Part shown: positions 20,436-29,371 of the stretch, piece after piece
How positions within the stretch are numbered: the stretch's first letter is position 1
Layout of the letters: the number at the start of each line of letters is the position of its first letter
Source of the DNA: Candidatus Sphingobacterium stercoripullorum
Lineage (GTDB): Bacteria > Bacteroidota > Bacteroidia > Sphingobacteriales > Sphingobacteriaceae
Length of the DNA stretch: 40,913 nucleotides
Assembly (NCBI GenBank): GCA_019114715.1
Contig: DXEZ01000328.1
Span: forward strand, 1 to 40,913
Reading direction: 5' to 3'
Translations under genes and position numbers: made by a program
The notes under the pieces: model-generated
Database searches by the model: none
What the model was told of the DNA's origin: nothing
The model's input: the letters and a program-made list of their open reading frames with translations, nothing else

Positions 20436-20448
20436 TTTCAAGACGTGA

Positions 20449-20479
20449 CAAAAGTAGGTAAATAATATTAATAAACAAA
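20449..20479 (-). promoter_or_regulatory. Bacteroidota housekeeping promoter of tRNA-Arg
   Basis: -33 TTTG (20476-20479) and -7 TACTTTTG (20449-20456) on the minus strand, with a 19-nt spacer. Confidence 0.7.
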
Positions 20480-20572
20480 GAAATAAAAGAGAATTTACTT
20501 CTCTCTTGCAGACCTTTCTTATTTTGAAATTTAAAGTAATTGATAATGAGGAAAATAGAGTGGTAGCATACA

Positions 20573-21433
20573 CTACGCTAATTTGCACTTTATTATTCGC
20601 TCGTTAGCATACAGGTCATTTATAACACTAATTTGGCTAAAGCCAGCATCTAAAAGCATCTGTTTTGTCTCAGAAGCTAAGTATTGGTTTATCTCAAAAT
20701 AAAGAGTTCCGTTTTTCTTTAAATGTCCTTTTGCATATTTAGCAATTGCCTCGTAGAAAACTAAAGGCTTTTGGTCATCCACAAACAGGGCAGAAGCTGG
20801 TTCGAACTGTAGAACATTTTTATGCATTTCACTTTTTTCAAGCTCGCGAACGTAGGGAGGATTACTAACAATAACATCCAGCAGGGGAGTAGCTGCCGAA
20901 TGACTCTCCTGGCTTAAGATATCAATGACCTCAAATTCAACTTCTGCGCCTAGGCTATCCGAATTTCTTTGAGCAACCGCAAGGGCAGCGGCGGAGATAT
21001 CTATAGCTTTAACTGTAGCCTTTTCAAAATAGAGCTTTAAACTAATTGCGATACATCCACTACCGGTTCCTATATCCAGAATGCTTATTGGAGCTAATTT
21101 ATTATGGTCCTTAATGATTTCCACTACTAACTCCTCAGTTTCCACCCTAGGAATAAGCGTATTTTCATTCACCTCAAAAAACTGGCCGTAAAAGTATGCT
21201 TTTCCTGTTATATGCTGGATCGGGCGCCCTTTTTTCAACTGCTCAATAGCCTTAGTTAATGAGTTATGCGTTTTGCTATCTAGTGGTTCATTTTGATTTG
21301 CTAAATAGCTGGTTTTTGATAATCCAAAGGCATCTTCTAGTAAAATGAAAAATATTTCAGCAGCCTCTTTGGGAGAATATATTTCTGAAAGCTCCTGTTG
21401 GAAGGTTCTCTGTATATTTAACCATGTTGTCAT
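20573..21433 (-). CDS. prmC: Release factor glutamine N5-methyltransferase
   Basis: PIQHITG, TLIPRVETEELV, LDIGTGSGCIA, VSNPPY, FEP..ALF. ATG at 21433 preferred because a TATTTTTG -7 box lies at 21449-21456. Confidence 0.95.
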   Translation of the reverse strand: MTTWLNIQRTFQQELSEIYSPKEAAEIFFILLEDAFGLSKTSYLANQNEPLDSKTHNSLTKAIEQLKKGRPIQHITGKAYFYGQFFEVNENTLIPRVETEELVVEIIKDHNKLAPISILDIGTGSGCIAISLKLYFEKATVKAIDISAAALAVAQRNSDSLGAEVEFEVIDILSQESHSAATPLLDVIVSNPPYVRELEKSEMHKNVLQFEPASALFVDDQKPLVFYEAIAKYAKGHLKKNGTLYFEINQYLASETKQMLLDAGFSQISVINDLYANERIIKCKLA

Positions 21434-21481
21434 ATTTTGCAATAATAGCAAAAATAAAAACTTATTTTTCATCTATTTTAA

Positions 21482-21489
21482 TATGTTTG
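21482..21489 (+). promoter_or_regulatory. -7 promoter box immediately before ribD
   Basis: TATGTTTG ends 4 nt before the ATG at 21494. Confidence 0.55.
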
Positions 21490-21493
21490 CATC

Positions 21494-22549
21494 ATGCCTA
21501 ATAACAGATACTTTATGCAAAGGTGTTTAGACCTAGCAAAGCTCGGAGCCGGTACAGTTAGCCCCAACCCGATGGTGGGCTGCGTCATCGTTTATGAAGA
21601 TCGTATAGTCGCAGAAGGGTATACCGCCCCTTATGGTGGAAATCATGCAGAAGTACAGGCAATATTACAACTAGAGAATAAATACGGCAGTGAGGGCGCT
21701 AAAAACATTCTTCAAAAGGCCGACGTTTATGTAAGTCTGGAGCCCTGTTCACATGTAGGGAAAACTGGTGCCTGTGCAGTTTTATTGGCATCCTACAAAC
21801 CAAAGCATGTCTATGTAGCATGTCTTGATCCAAATAAAAAAGTCAATGGGAAGGGTATAGCCATTTTAAAGGAGGCAAACATCCCTTGTACAGTAGGGCT
21901 CTTAGAGGAAGAAGCCCAGTGGTTAAATAGAAGGTTTTTTACACAAATCCAAAAAAGCCGCCCCTACATTATACTAAAGTGGGCGCAAACTCAGAATAAT
22001 TTTATAGCCCCCAAAGGAGACGATCAGCAGTGGATATCCAATAAAGCATCTGTGCAGCTTGTTCATAAATGGCGTGCCGAAGAAGATGCCATTCTAGTTG
22101 GGCGGAATACTGCGGTAATTGATAACCCCTCATTGACTACAAGACATTGGGAAGGAAAAAATCCCATTCGAATATTAATAGATAAAAACCTTTCTGTAGA
22201 AGAAACATCCAACATTTTTGATGCAGAAGCAAAAACTATAGTTTTCAATGCCCTAAAATTCGATCAAAGAGAAAATGTAAGCTGGATTGAGTTGGAAAAC
22301 TTTGATTTATACCTAGCTGAAACCATCATGTATCAATTATTTCTAATGGATGTCCAGTCTATAATTATAGAAGGGGGAAGCAAAACCCTAAAGAAATTCA
22401 TTGACGCAAACCTCTGGGATGAAGCTAGGGTGTTTACATCTACAAAAAGCTGGAAGGATGGTATTGAAGCACCACAGCTACATGGAAAGATAATTCAAAC
22501 ACAAGCCGTAGGGGACGATACACTTGATTTGTGGGTACCTATTAATTAA
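21494..22549 (+). CDS. ribD: Riboflavin biosynthesis bifunctional deaminase/reductase
   Basis: SPNPMVGCVIV, HAE, SLEPCSHVGKTGAC, LKWAQT, DNPSLT, IEGG. Confidence 0.96.
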   Translation: MPNNRYFMQRCLDLAKLGAGTVSPNPMVGCVIVYEDRIVAEGYTAPYGGNHAEVQAILQLENKYGSEGAKNILQKADVYVSLEPCSHVGKTGACAVLLASYKPKHVYVACLDPNKKVNGKGIAILKEANIPCTVGLLEEEAQWLNRRFFTQIQKSRPYIILKWAQTQNNFIAPKGDDQQWISNKASVQLVHKWRAEEDAILVGRNTAVIDNPSLTTRHWEGKNPIRILIDKNLSVEETSNIFDAEAKTIVFNALKFDQRENVSWIELENFDLYLAETIMYQLFLMDVQSIIIEGGSKTLKKFIDANLWDEARVFTSTKSWKDGIEAPQLHGKIIQTQAVGDDTLDLWVPIN

Positions 22550-22674
22550 TTGCATATCGTATAGCTAGTATGCTTACCTACATATCTGTGGTAAAAAAAT
22601 AAAGTAGGATTGACTTCTAGCCGGATTAAAATCCTGTTAATTAAAAAAGCGTAATATGCTGATTGTTTAATTAG

Positions 22675-23322
22675 CTATTTTAAGATCTCTGCGATTTCTT
22701 TAAAACCTTTTTCATAGGCTAGCTCCGATGCTGTCTCTCCAAACTCATTTTTAGCACTTACATCAGCTCCCTTTTCAAGTAGTAGAATCAAAATATCTAT
22801 ATTACCTTGCTGTGCTGCGATATGTATCGGGGCAATACCCTGTGCTTGTAGCACGTTTACCTCCGCACCAGCTTCCAATAGCATTTTTGCGATTTCATTA
22901 TATCCGTTACTTAATGCGGAATGAATGGGGTATACAAAAAAACCATTTTGAGATGGCGCATTTGGGTTAGCATGGGAAGTCAACAATAACCGCACAATAG
23001 TCGATTGACCAAAATGAGAGGCAATTCCTAGTGGTGTAAAACCATCTTTAGATATTTCCTCAATGGCTTGTGGATTGTTAGATAACATCATTTCCACTTC
23101 TTTATAAAGACCTACTGCGCAGGCCTCATGGATATCGATTTTCTTTAAATATTTGAGCAGAATTTTGATGATATCCATCTTATTGAAGTAGCATGCCAGT
23201 AGCAAGGGGGATATCCCGTGACTTGTTAATCGACTTGCCTCTTCGGGTGATTGGCTCAATAGTAAATCTAAATCTTGATAATTACCTGTTTCAATATACT
23301 CTTCTACGGCGGATAAACTCAT
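22675..23322 (-). CDS. Ankyrin-repeat protein
   Basis: Repeats GISPLLLAC, GFTPLGIAS, PIHSA...LLEAGAEVN, GIAPIHIAAQQG...LLEKGADVS. Confidence 0.92.
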   Translation of the reverse strand: MSLSAVEEYIETGNYQDLDLLLSQSPEEASRLTSHGISPLLLACYFNKMDIIKILLKYLKKIDIHEACAVGLYKEVEMMLSNNPQAIEEISKDGFTPLGIASHFGQSTIVRLLLTSHANPNAPSQNGFFVYPIHSALSNGYNEIAKMLLEAGAEVNVLQAQGIAPIHIAAQQGNIDILILLLEKGADVSAKNEFGETASELAYEKGFKEIAEILK

Positions 23323-23546
23323 TACTAATTTTGTAATATTGATTTTTTATTCTAAGGTTGCAAACCAAGATACAATATTGCATTATTTTTTCGAGGTAAT
23401 GAAATTTCACTGGGTAAAAATATATCCACACCCAATTTTGATGGGGTTTTCGTCGAGATCTTAACCTTTCACATCATTCTTGTAGGTATACGGCTACAAT
23501 AGTCCTTAATAAAGGATATATATGTAGTAAAACTTAAAAAGAAAAT

Positions 23547-23554
23547 TACTTTTG
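23547..23554 (+). promoter_or_regulatory. -7 promoter box driving the candidate sRNA / ubiX leader
   Basis: Perfect TAnnTTTG consensus (TACTTTTG). Confidence 0.6.
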
Positions 23555-23556
23555 TA

Positions 23557-23633
23557 ATGCCCTCCCCAAGGGCATGTTTTTCATAGGTAGATGTAGGGTC
23601 GGATATATTTTATATATTCGACCCTTATTGTTT
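23557..23633 (+). ncRNA. Candidate ~75-nt small RNA (5' hairpin, single-stranded seed, terminator)
   Basis: ATGCCCT-CCCCA-AGGGCAT hairpin, linker GTTTTTCATAGGTAGATGT, then AGGGTCGGATATA-TTTTA-TATATTCGACCCT hairpin plus TATTGTTT. Begins right after a -7 box. Confidence 0.6.
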
Positions 23634-23662
23634 AACATCATTTGCAATTTAGCATCCAAATT

Positions 23663-24226
23663 ATGGCAAAAAAGAAATTAATAGTAGCAATTACAGGTGC
23701 AAGTGGATCTATCTATGCCAAATCCTTATTTGACCGTTTAAAAGGATTACAAAATCAGTGGGAAGAAGTAGGGGTCGTCATGTCCGACAATGCCAAGCAG
23801 GTGTGGGAGCTGGAGCTGAATGACGATGATTATAACAAATACCCTTTTAGGTTTTATCAGAAAAATGATTTTATGGCGCCATTTGCGTCTGGGTCGGCGA
23901 AATACGACTCTATGATCATTGCGCCTTGTTCTATGGGGACTTTGGCTCGGATAGCGCAGGGTATCTCTAATGATCTAACCACTCGAGCTGCAGATGTTAT
24001 CCTTAAGGAAAGAAGGAAGCTGATCCTTTTAACTAGAGAAACGCCTCTTAGCAACATTCATTTACAAAACATGTTGACCTTATCTCAAGCCGGAGCCATT
24101 ATATGCCCAGCCTCTCCATCATTTTATAGCGAGCCAAAGAATATTTACGAATTGGCACTAACAGTGGTCGATCGAGCGCTTGACATTGCGGGTTTTGACC
24201 TAGAAAGCTATAGATGGGGAGAATAA
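23663..24226 (+). CDS. ubiX: Flavin prenyltransferase
   Basis: VAITGASGSIY, FASGS, IAPCSMGTLA, RAADVILKERRKL, RETPL, PASPSFY. ATG at 23663. Confidence 0.95.
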   Translation: MAKKKLIVAITGASGSIYAKSLFDRLKGLQNQWEEVGVVMSDNAKQVWELELNDDDYNKYPFRFYQKNDFMAPFASGSAKYDSMIIAPCSMGTLARIAQGISNDLTTRAADVILKERRKLILLTRETPLSNIHLQNMLTLSQAGAIICPASPSFYSEPKNIYELALTVVDRALDIAGFDLESYRWGE

Positions 24227-24364
24227 TCCTGGCATTTTAAACTTAAGGGTTGTGCAATAAGCCGTATTTTGTACCTTTGTAAATAGCGGTATAATCCAAA
24301 ATCGGCAACATATTAGAAGTTCCAGTTTTGGAGATTATGTAAAAAGCTAGAAACCACACTTTTA

Positions 24365-25636
24365 ATGAAGGCAATACTTATTCAATCAGCAGTCTTGGTG
24401 TTTCCATCTCACCCATTGCATAAGCAAAAGATAGACCTATTAATAGATGAAAACGGAATTATAGAAGAGATTTCTCAAAAAATAGAAAGGGACACAAGTA
24501 CTTTTGAAGTTATTAATGGGAATGGCAAATATCTAATGCCAGGTTTTCTGGATCTCAATGCTAACTTCGGGGAGCCGGGACTAGAAACAAAAGAGGACAT
24601 AGTTTCCGGTTGTAAATTAGCCGCCCACTCTGGATTTACAGCAATCGCTATACAGCCTAACACAAAGCCTGCAATACAAAGTCGGGCCGAGGTGATGCTC
24701 GTATTAAAAGAAGCGCAAGACAACTTGGTGGATATTCATCCAATCGGTGCGATTAGTAAGAATAGAAAAGGAGAGGAGCTAACGGAAATGTACGATATGT
24801 ACACACATGGTGCTTTAGCTTTTACCGATGGCAATAGAAGTGTACAACAAGCAGGCCTTATGAGCCGTGCTTTATTATACTCCAAGGGATTTGGGGCAAG
24901 GATATTTTCTTATGCAAAAGACGACTCTATTGCCAGCGGCCATATGGTAAACGAGGGGGTGATGAGCACCTACTTAGGCATGAAAGGAAACCCTAATTTG
25001 TCCGAGGCCATCATGGTTTCTCGAGACTTGTTTTTAGCAGAGTATAACAATGCCCCTATTCATTTCTCCACTATATCTACTAAAGAAGCCATTGAACTAA
25101 TCCGTCAGGCCAAGTCCAAAGGCTTACCTGTGACATGTGATGTGAGTATATCTCACCTTTATTATAACGATTCTTATATAGAGGAGTTCGATAGCCTCTA
25201 TAAAATCGATCCGCCACTAAGAAGCGAAGAGGATAGATTAGCACTAATCACCGGTTTGAAAGACGGCACCATCGATGCCATAGTTTCTCAACACACTCCA
25301 CATGAAATAGAGTACAAGCAGGTGGAATTTCAAGTTGCAAGCTATGGAATCGCAAGCATGCAGACTTTATTACCTCTAGCACTCCAGATGGATTTGGATC
25401 TCGAGCTATTAGTAGAAAAGCTATCTATTAATCCACGAAAGGTTCTAGGATTGCCAGCCATAGCTTTTGAAAAGGGCAGTGCTGCCAATGTCGTACTCCT
25501 TGATACGGAAGAAGAGTGGACATTTGGCCCGGCAACCAATCAATCTAAAAGTAAAAACAACCCGTTATACGGAACTGCAGTTAAAGGAAAGGCTGTGGTC
25601 GTAATTAATAATAATAAAATAGTATACAATTATTAA
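24365..25636 (+). CDS. Dihydroorotase-like amidohydrolase lacking catalytic residues (PyrC'-like)
   Basis: DHOase scaffold (EPGLETKE, PNTKP, KIDPPLRS, NPRKVLGL, SKSKNNP), but DLNANF replaces DxHxH and SQHTPH replaces SDHAPH. Confidence 0.85.
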   Translation: MKAILIQSAVLVFPSHPLHKQKIDLLIDENGIIEEISQKIERDTSTFEVINGNGKYLMPGFLDLNANFGEPGLETKEDIVSGCKLAAHSGFTAIAIQPNTKPAIQSRAEVMLVLKEAQDNLVDIHPIGAISKNRKGEELTEMYDMYTHGALAFTDGNRSVQQAGLMSRALLYSKGFGARIFSYAKDDSIASGHMVNEGVMSTYLGMKGNPNLSEAIMVSRDLFLAEYNNAPIHFSTISTKEAIELIRQAKSKGLPVTCDVSISHLYYNDSYIEEFDSLYKIDPPLRSEEDRLALITGLKDGTIDAIVSQHTPHEIEYKQVEFQVASYGIASMQTLLPLALQMDLDLELLVEKLSINPRKVLGLPAIAFEKGSAANVVLLDTEEEWTFGPATNQSKSKNNPLYGTAVKGKAVVVINNNKIVYNY

Positions 25637-25637
25637 T

Positions 25638-26300
25638 ATGGAAAAAGGTATTGAAAACGCATTAAAAGCGGTTAGAAGTCACTATCCAGAGGTTTCTGAG
25701 AGTGATTTCGATGCGCTGGTAGCAACATTTGAAAATCACATTCCATTTATGGATAAGGTTAAGCAATTGGATGAAGTTATCGCCAAAAACGAGGTGCTCA
25801 ACGGCTTATCTGAGGTTTTATTCGACCTACTCATCGTGAACTTTCTAAGTACCGATGTTAAAGCGCTGGAAGAGGATTACCTGGAATCTCCAGAATGGAT
25901 GGAAATTGAAGAGAAAACAATTGATAGGGGAACTGAGCTGTTGAACTTGTTCTTATATATTGCTGAAGCAAGCGACTTAAAGGTAAAACCAAGTTTAGAG
26001 GATTACTTAAAAGAGTTTTTGCTTGTGGATGAAGATGAGTTCCAAGACGAATACCTCATATACGAACAGGTGATTGCAAACCAGCTACTAATGGAGAGTG
26101 ATCTAAGTGAAATTAGTAGAATCGCCAAGGCACTGGATATAGACGATCCTTTAAAAGAGCTATTCTACCCGCTGATGGGCTTTTTCTACAATCCGAATCC
26201 AAAAGAAGAAGATTTGAAAGAATACCAAAAGCACGCTTTGGAAATCCCCGAAGATTGGGTTATTTACGACATTTTAGTAGCTTACCATAATAACATCTAA
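25638..26300 (+). CDS. Acidic hypothetical protein
   Basis: 220-aa D/E-rich ORF starting 1 bp after the preceding stop. Confidence 0.75.
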   Translation: MEKGIENALKAVRSHYPEVSESDFDALVATFENHIPFMDKVKQLDEVIAKNEVLNGLSEVLFDLLIVNFLSTDVKALEEDYLESPEWMEIEEKTIDRGTELLNLFLYIAEASDLKVKPSLEDYLKEFLLVDEDEFQDEYLIYEQVIANQLLMESDLSEISRIAKALDIDDPLKELFYPLMGFFYNPNPKEEDLKEYQKHALEIPEDWVIYDILVAYHNNI

Positions 26301-26305
26301 AGCCA

Positions 26306-26893
26306 ATGGATCTAGCAGATAAATTAAAAAAAGAAAGCCTTAAAAAAGGGGTTATATTGGGACTGATTAGTTTTATTATGGGTATTGTGTTTATATATAC
26401 CTCATTCTCGATAGAATCGTTCTTCATGTTCCATTTTGCAAACGTGATGCTCAACCTTACTATACCTATTGTTATCATATGTGTTTTTGTATTGGGCTTG
26501 CGTAAAGCGATAGGTGGGTACTGGACTTTTAGTGAGGCACTGAAACACATATACATTATGGTAGCCATAGGCGCTATTGTATCGGTACTTGCAAACTTCG
26601 CCTTTAACATCTCCTCTAAAGACCTCTACACCAAATACATCGATCATACGATGAATCTAACTATAGAAAGCTTAGAGGAAATGAATGGTATAAGTGGAGA
26701 GTTAGATAAAGCCATCATGGATATTGAGAGTCAGAGAGATAGCATGACCTCACCGAAGTTTGGCGATACAGTAAAAGGTTTGTTTATCAGTTTGCTGCTA
26801 TATTTCATTCTAGCCTTAATCCTGGCAGCAATTTTCAAGAAAGAAAAACCCATATTTGATAGTCCAGTTGCCCCAGAAGAAGATATCAATTAA
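26306..26893 (+). CDS. DUF4199-like four-TM membrane protein
   Basis: Four hydrophobic segments, RKAIGGYWTFSEALK, C-terminal ILAAIFKKE; typical position before a GT2. Confidence 0.8.
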   Translation: MDLADKLKKESLKKGVILGLISFIMGIVFIYTSFSIESFFMFHFANVMLNLTIPIVIICVFVLGLRKAIGGYWTFSEALKHIYIMVAIGAIVSVLANFAFNISSKDLYTKYIDHTMNLTIESLEEMNGISGELDKAIMDIESQRDSMTSPKFGDTVKGLFISLLLYFILALILAAIFKKEKPIFDSPVAPEEDIN

Positions 26894-26959
26894 AAGGATA
26901 CTGAACTATTCGTTTTGTTTATTAGCTTAAGAGCAAAATAAAAATATAAAAGCTTGTGT

Positions 26960-27910
26960 ATGGACATCTCTGTTGTTATTCCTTTATTTAATGAAGAAGA
27001 ATCGTTGCCAGAATTGGTTGCATGGATTGATCGTGTAATGCAGGCAAATGATTTTGAATACGAAGTAATATTGGTAGATGATGGAAGTACAGACTCCTCG
27101 TGGAAAGTAATTAGCAGCTTGAAGCAGGAGTTTCCACAGCTTATGGGCATAAAATTTCGCAGAAACTACGGGAAGTCAGCTGCATTAAATGTAGGATTTG
27201 CTGCTACACAAGGGGATGTAGTGATAACCATGGATGCCGATTTACAAGACAGCCCCGATGAGATACCTACGCTATACGATAGGATAATCAATCAGGGGGC
27301 TGATTTGGTTTCTGGCTGGAAGAAGAAAAGATACGACCCCCCGTCAAAAACTATTCCTACAAAACTTTTCAATTCGGTCACCCGTAAAATGTCGGGTATC
27401 CACAACTTGCATGACTTTAACTGCGGCTTAAAGGCCTACAGTAAGGACGTGGTGAAAAACATTGAAGTCTATGGTGAGATGCATAGGTATATTCCAGTTT
27501 TAGCCAAATGGGCGGGGTTCAATAACATCCAAGAACAGGTAGTGCAACATTACCCTAGGAAATACGGAAAAACAAAATTTGGTGCTGGAAGGTTTATCAA
27601 AGGCTTTTTAGATTTGCTTTCCATATTTTTCGTCGGCAAGTTTGGTAAAAGGCCAATGCACTTTTTTGGCACTATTGGCGTGATGAGTTTTCTGATAGGA
27701 TTTTTCATTGCTTGTTATCTCATTTTTGAGAAGCTAATGAGTATATCCAAGGGCGCTCCCTATAGAAATGTAACCGATCAGCCTCTGTTCTTTTTGGCAT
27801 TAACAGCAATAATAATTGGTTCTCAATTGTTTTTAACGGGTTTTTTAGCGGAGCTAATCTCTAGGAATTCAGCGGAAAGAAATAAATATCAAATTGATAG
27901 AGTTATATAA
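26960..27910 (+). CDS. GT2 polyprenol-phosphate glycosyltransferase (ArnC/GtrB/DPM1-like)
   Basis: VVIPLFNEEESL, VDDGSTD, RRNYGKSAAL, MDADLQD, DFNCGLKAY, GEMHRYIP, and two C-terminal TMs. ATG at 26960. Confidence 0.92.
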   Translation: MDISVVIPLFNEEESLPELVAWIDRVMQANDFEYEVILVDDGSTDSSWKVISSLKQEFPQLMGIKFRRNYGKSAALNVGFAATQGDVVITMDADLQDSPDEIPTLYDRIINQGADLVSGWKKKRYDPPSKTIPTKLFNSVTRKMSGIHNLHDFNCGLKAYSKDVVKNIEVYGEMHRYIPVLAKWAGFNNIQEQVVQHYPRKYGKTKFGAGRFIKGFLDLLSIFFVGKFGKRPMHFFGTIGVMSFLIGFFIACYLIFEKLMSISKGAPYRNVTDQPLFFLALTAIIIGSQLFLTGFLAELISRNSAERNKYQIDRVI

Positions 27911-27913
27911 TTC

Positions 27914-28879
27914 ATGTTTTTTTCTTTTGTAATTCCTGTATATAATCGTCCCGATGAAATTCAAGAACTTTTAGAATCTTTATCCCAACAGAGCTATAAA
28001 AACTTCGAGGTTATTGTAGTTGAGGATGGTTCGCAAAAGGATTGCAAAGAAATTGCCCTTAATTTTAGAGACCGCCTTAACCTTAAGTATTTCTATAAAA
28101 AGAACCAAGGGCAGGGGGTAGCTAGGAATTATGGTTTTAGCAAAGCCCGTGGTGATTACCTCATTACCCTAGACTCCGATGTGGTGGTCCCCGATCTATA
28201 TTTAGAAAAAGTTTTTCAAGGGATAAAAAGGGGAGGGCTTGATGCATTTGGCGGGCCGGATGCCTCGCATGAAGCGTTCTCACCCCTCCAAAAAGCCATT
28301 AACTATTCCATGACCAGCGTATTTACGACGGGTGGGATTCGTGGTGGTAAAAAACACGTTGGCAGGTTTGACCCTCGCGGGTTTAATATGGGAATATCAA
28401 GAGAAGTTTATCATCAAACTGGAGGGTTTTTATTTCACCGAAGGTCTGAGGACATAGAACTCAGTATTCGCATATATGCGTTAGGCTTTAAAATAGGCTT
28501 AATTCCGGAGGCCTGGGTCTACCACAAAAGGAGGAGTACACTTTTGCAGTTTATGAAGCAAACATTATCTTTTGGTAAAGGGCGGATTGATATTTTTAGA
28601 GAGCACCCAAAAGAATTGAAACTGGTGCACCTTTTACCCAGCATATTTACAGTTTCTCTCCTGTTTCTTTTTGCGTTAAACTTTATAAGCTACGGGCCAG
28701 CTTCTATTTTATCTGACATTGGCAATTCTCTTCTACTACTATATATCGCTTTGCTATTTGTTCATGCCCTTGTTAAAGAAAAGAATATCTACATAGCATC
28801 CCTTGCGGTATTTACTAGTATCATCCAACTAACTGCCTACGGCCTAGGGTTGCTACTAGCAGCTGTTAAAAGTACCTAA
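27914..28879 (+). CDS. GT2 family glycosyltransferase with C-terminal TM helices
   Basis: VIPVYNR, VEDGS, ARNYG, LDSD, SEDIELS, VYHKRR. Confidence 0.92.
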   Translation: MFFSFVIPVYNRPDEIQELLESLSQQSYKNFEVIVVEDGSQKDCKEIALNFRDRLNLKYFYKKNQGQGVARNYGFSKARGDYLITLDSDVVVPDLYLEKVFQGIKRGGLDAFGGPDASHEAFSPLQKAINYSMTSVFTTGGIRGGKKHVGRFDPRGFNMGISREVYHQTGGFLFHRRSEDIELSIRIYALGFKIGLIPEAWVYHKRRSTLLQFMKQTLSFGKGRIDIFREHPKELKLVHLLPSIFTVSLLFLFALNFISYGPASILSDIGNSLLLLYIALLFVHALVKEKNIYIASLAVFTSIIQLTAYGLGLLLAAVKST

Positions 28880-29097
28880 TACCCATTATTCTTCCTTGTA
28901 ATTCTTTCTTTTAACTATCAGCCTCGTTTCGATGACGCTTCCGGTTTTAAAGCATTTGTAGCATTCATTATCCTATAATTTTAATGCACATTAAAAAATG
29001 ATTAATTTGAAAGTCCCCAATAAAGGATTTTAGGAGAATAATTTTTAAATTTGAAAATCACTTACTGGTGTATTATTAAGGAATAACTGAAAACATA

Positions 29098-29370
29098 GTG
29101 GTAACAATAACGGAATATAACTTACGGAAAATAGAAGACCTTTGTAAGGCTTTAGGTTATAAGGTGCGTTATGAAAAAGGAAACTTTAGGACAGGGGCGT
29201 GTAAAATTCTCTCAACAAAAGTAATTGTGGTAAATAGATTCTCCAGCTTGGATGTTAAAATTCACTCCTTAATAGAAATAATAACCGGATTAGATTTTGA
29301 TGAATCTTTACTAGATGAAAAACAGATAGTGTTTTTCCGTTTATTGAAACAAACTAAACTTACTATTTAA
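29098..29370 (+). CDS. Small conserved-looking hypothetical protein
   Basis: 90-aa ORF (GYKVRYEKGNFRTGAC...VIVVNRF) with GTG start, 1 bp upstream of the MBL gene. Confidence 0.75.
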   Translation: MVTITEYNLRKIEDLCKALGYKVRYEKGNFRTGACKILSTKVIVVNRFSSLDVKIHSLIEIITGLDFDESLLDEKQIVFFRLLKQTKLTI

Positions 29371-29371
29371 T

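Noticed and set aside
20397-20588. 63-aa minus-strand ORF ending APIAQLDRASAF
   Set aside because: It is a translation of the tRNA-Arg gene and its promoter.
23422-23430. ATATCCACA, one mismatch from a DnaA box
   Set aside because: Single imperfect copy with no cluster or oriC-type context.
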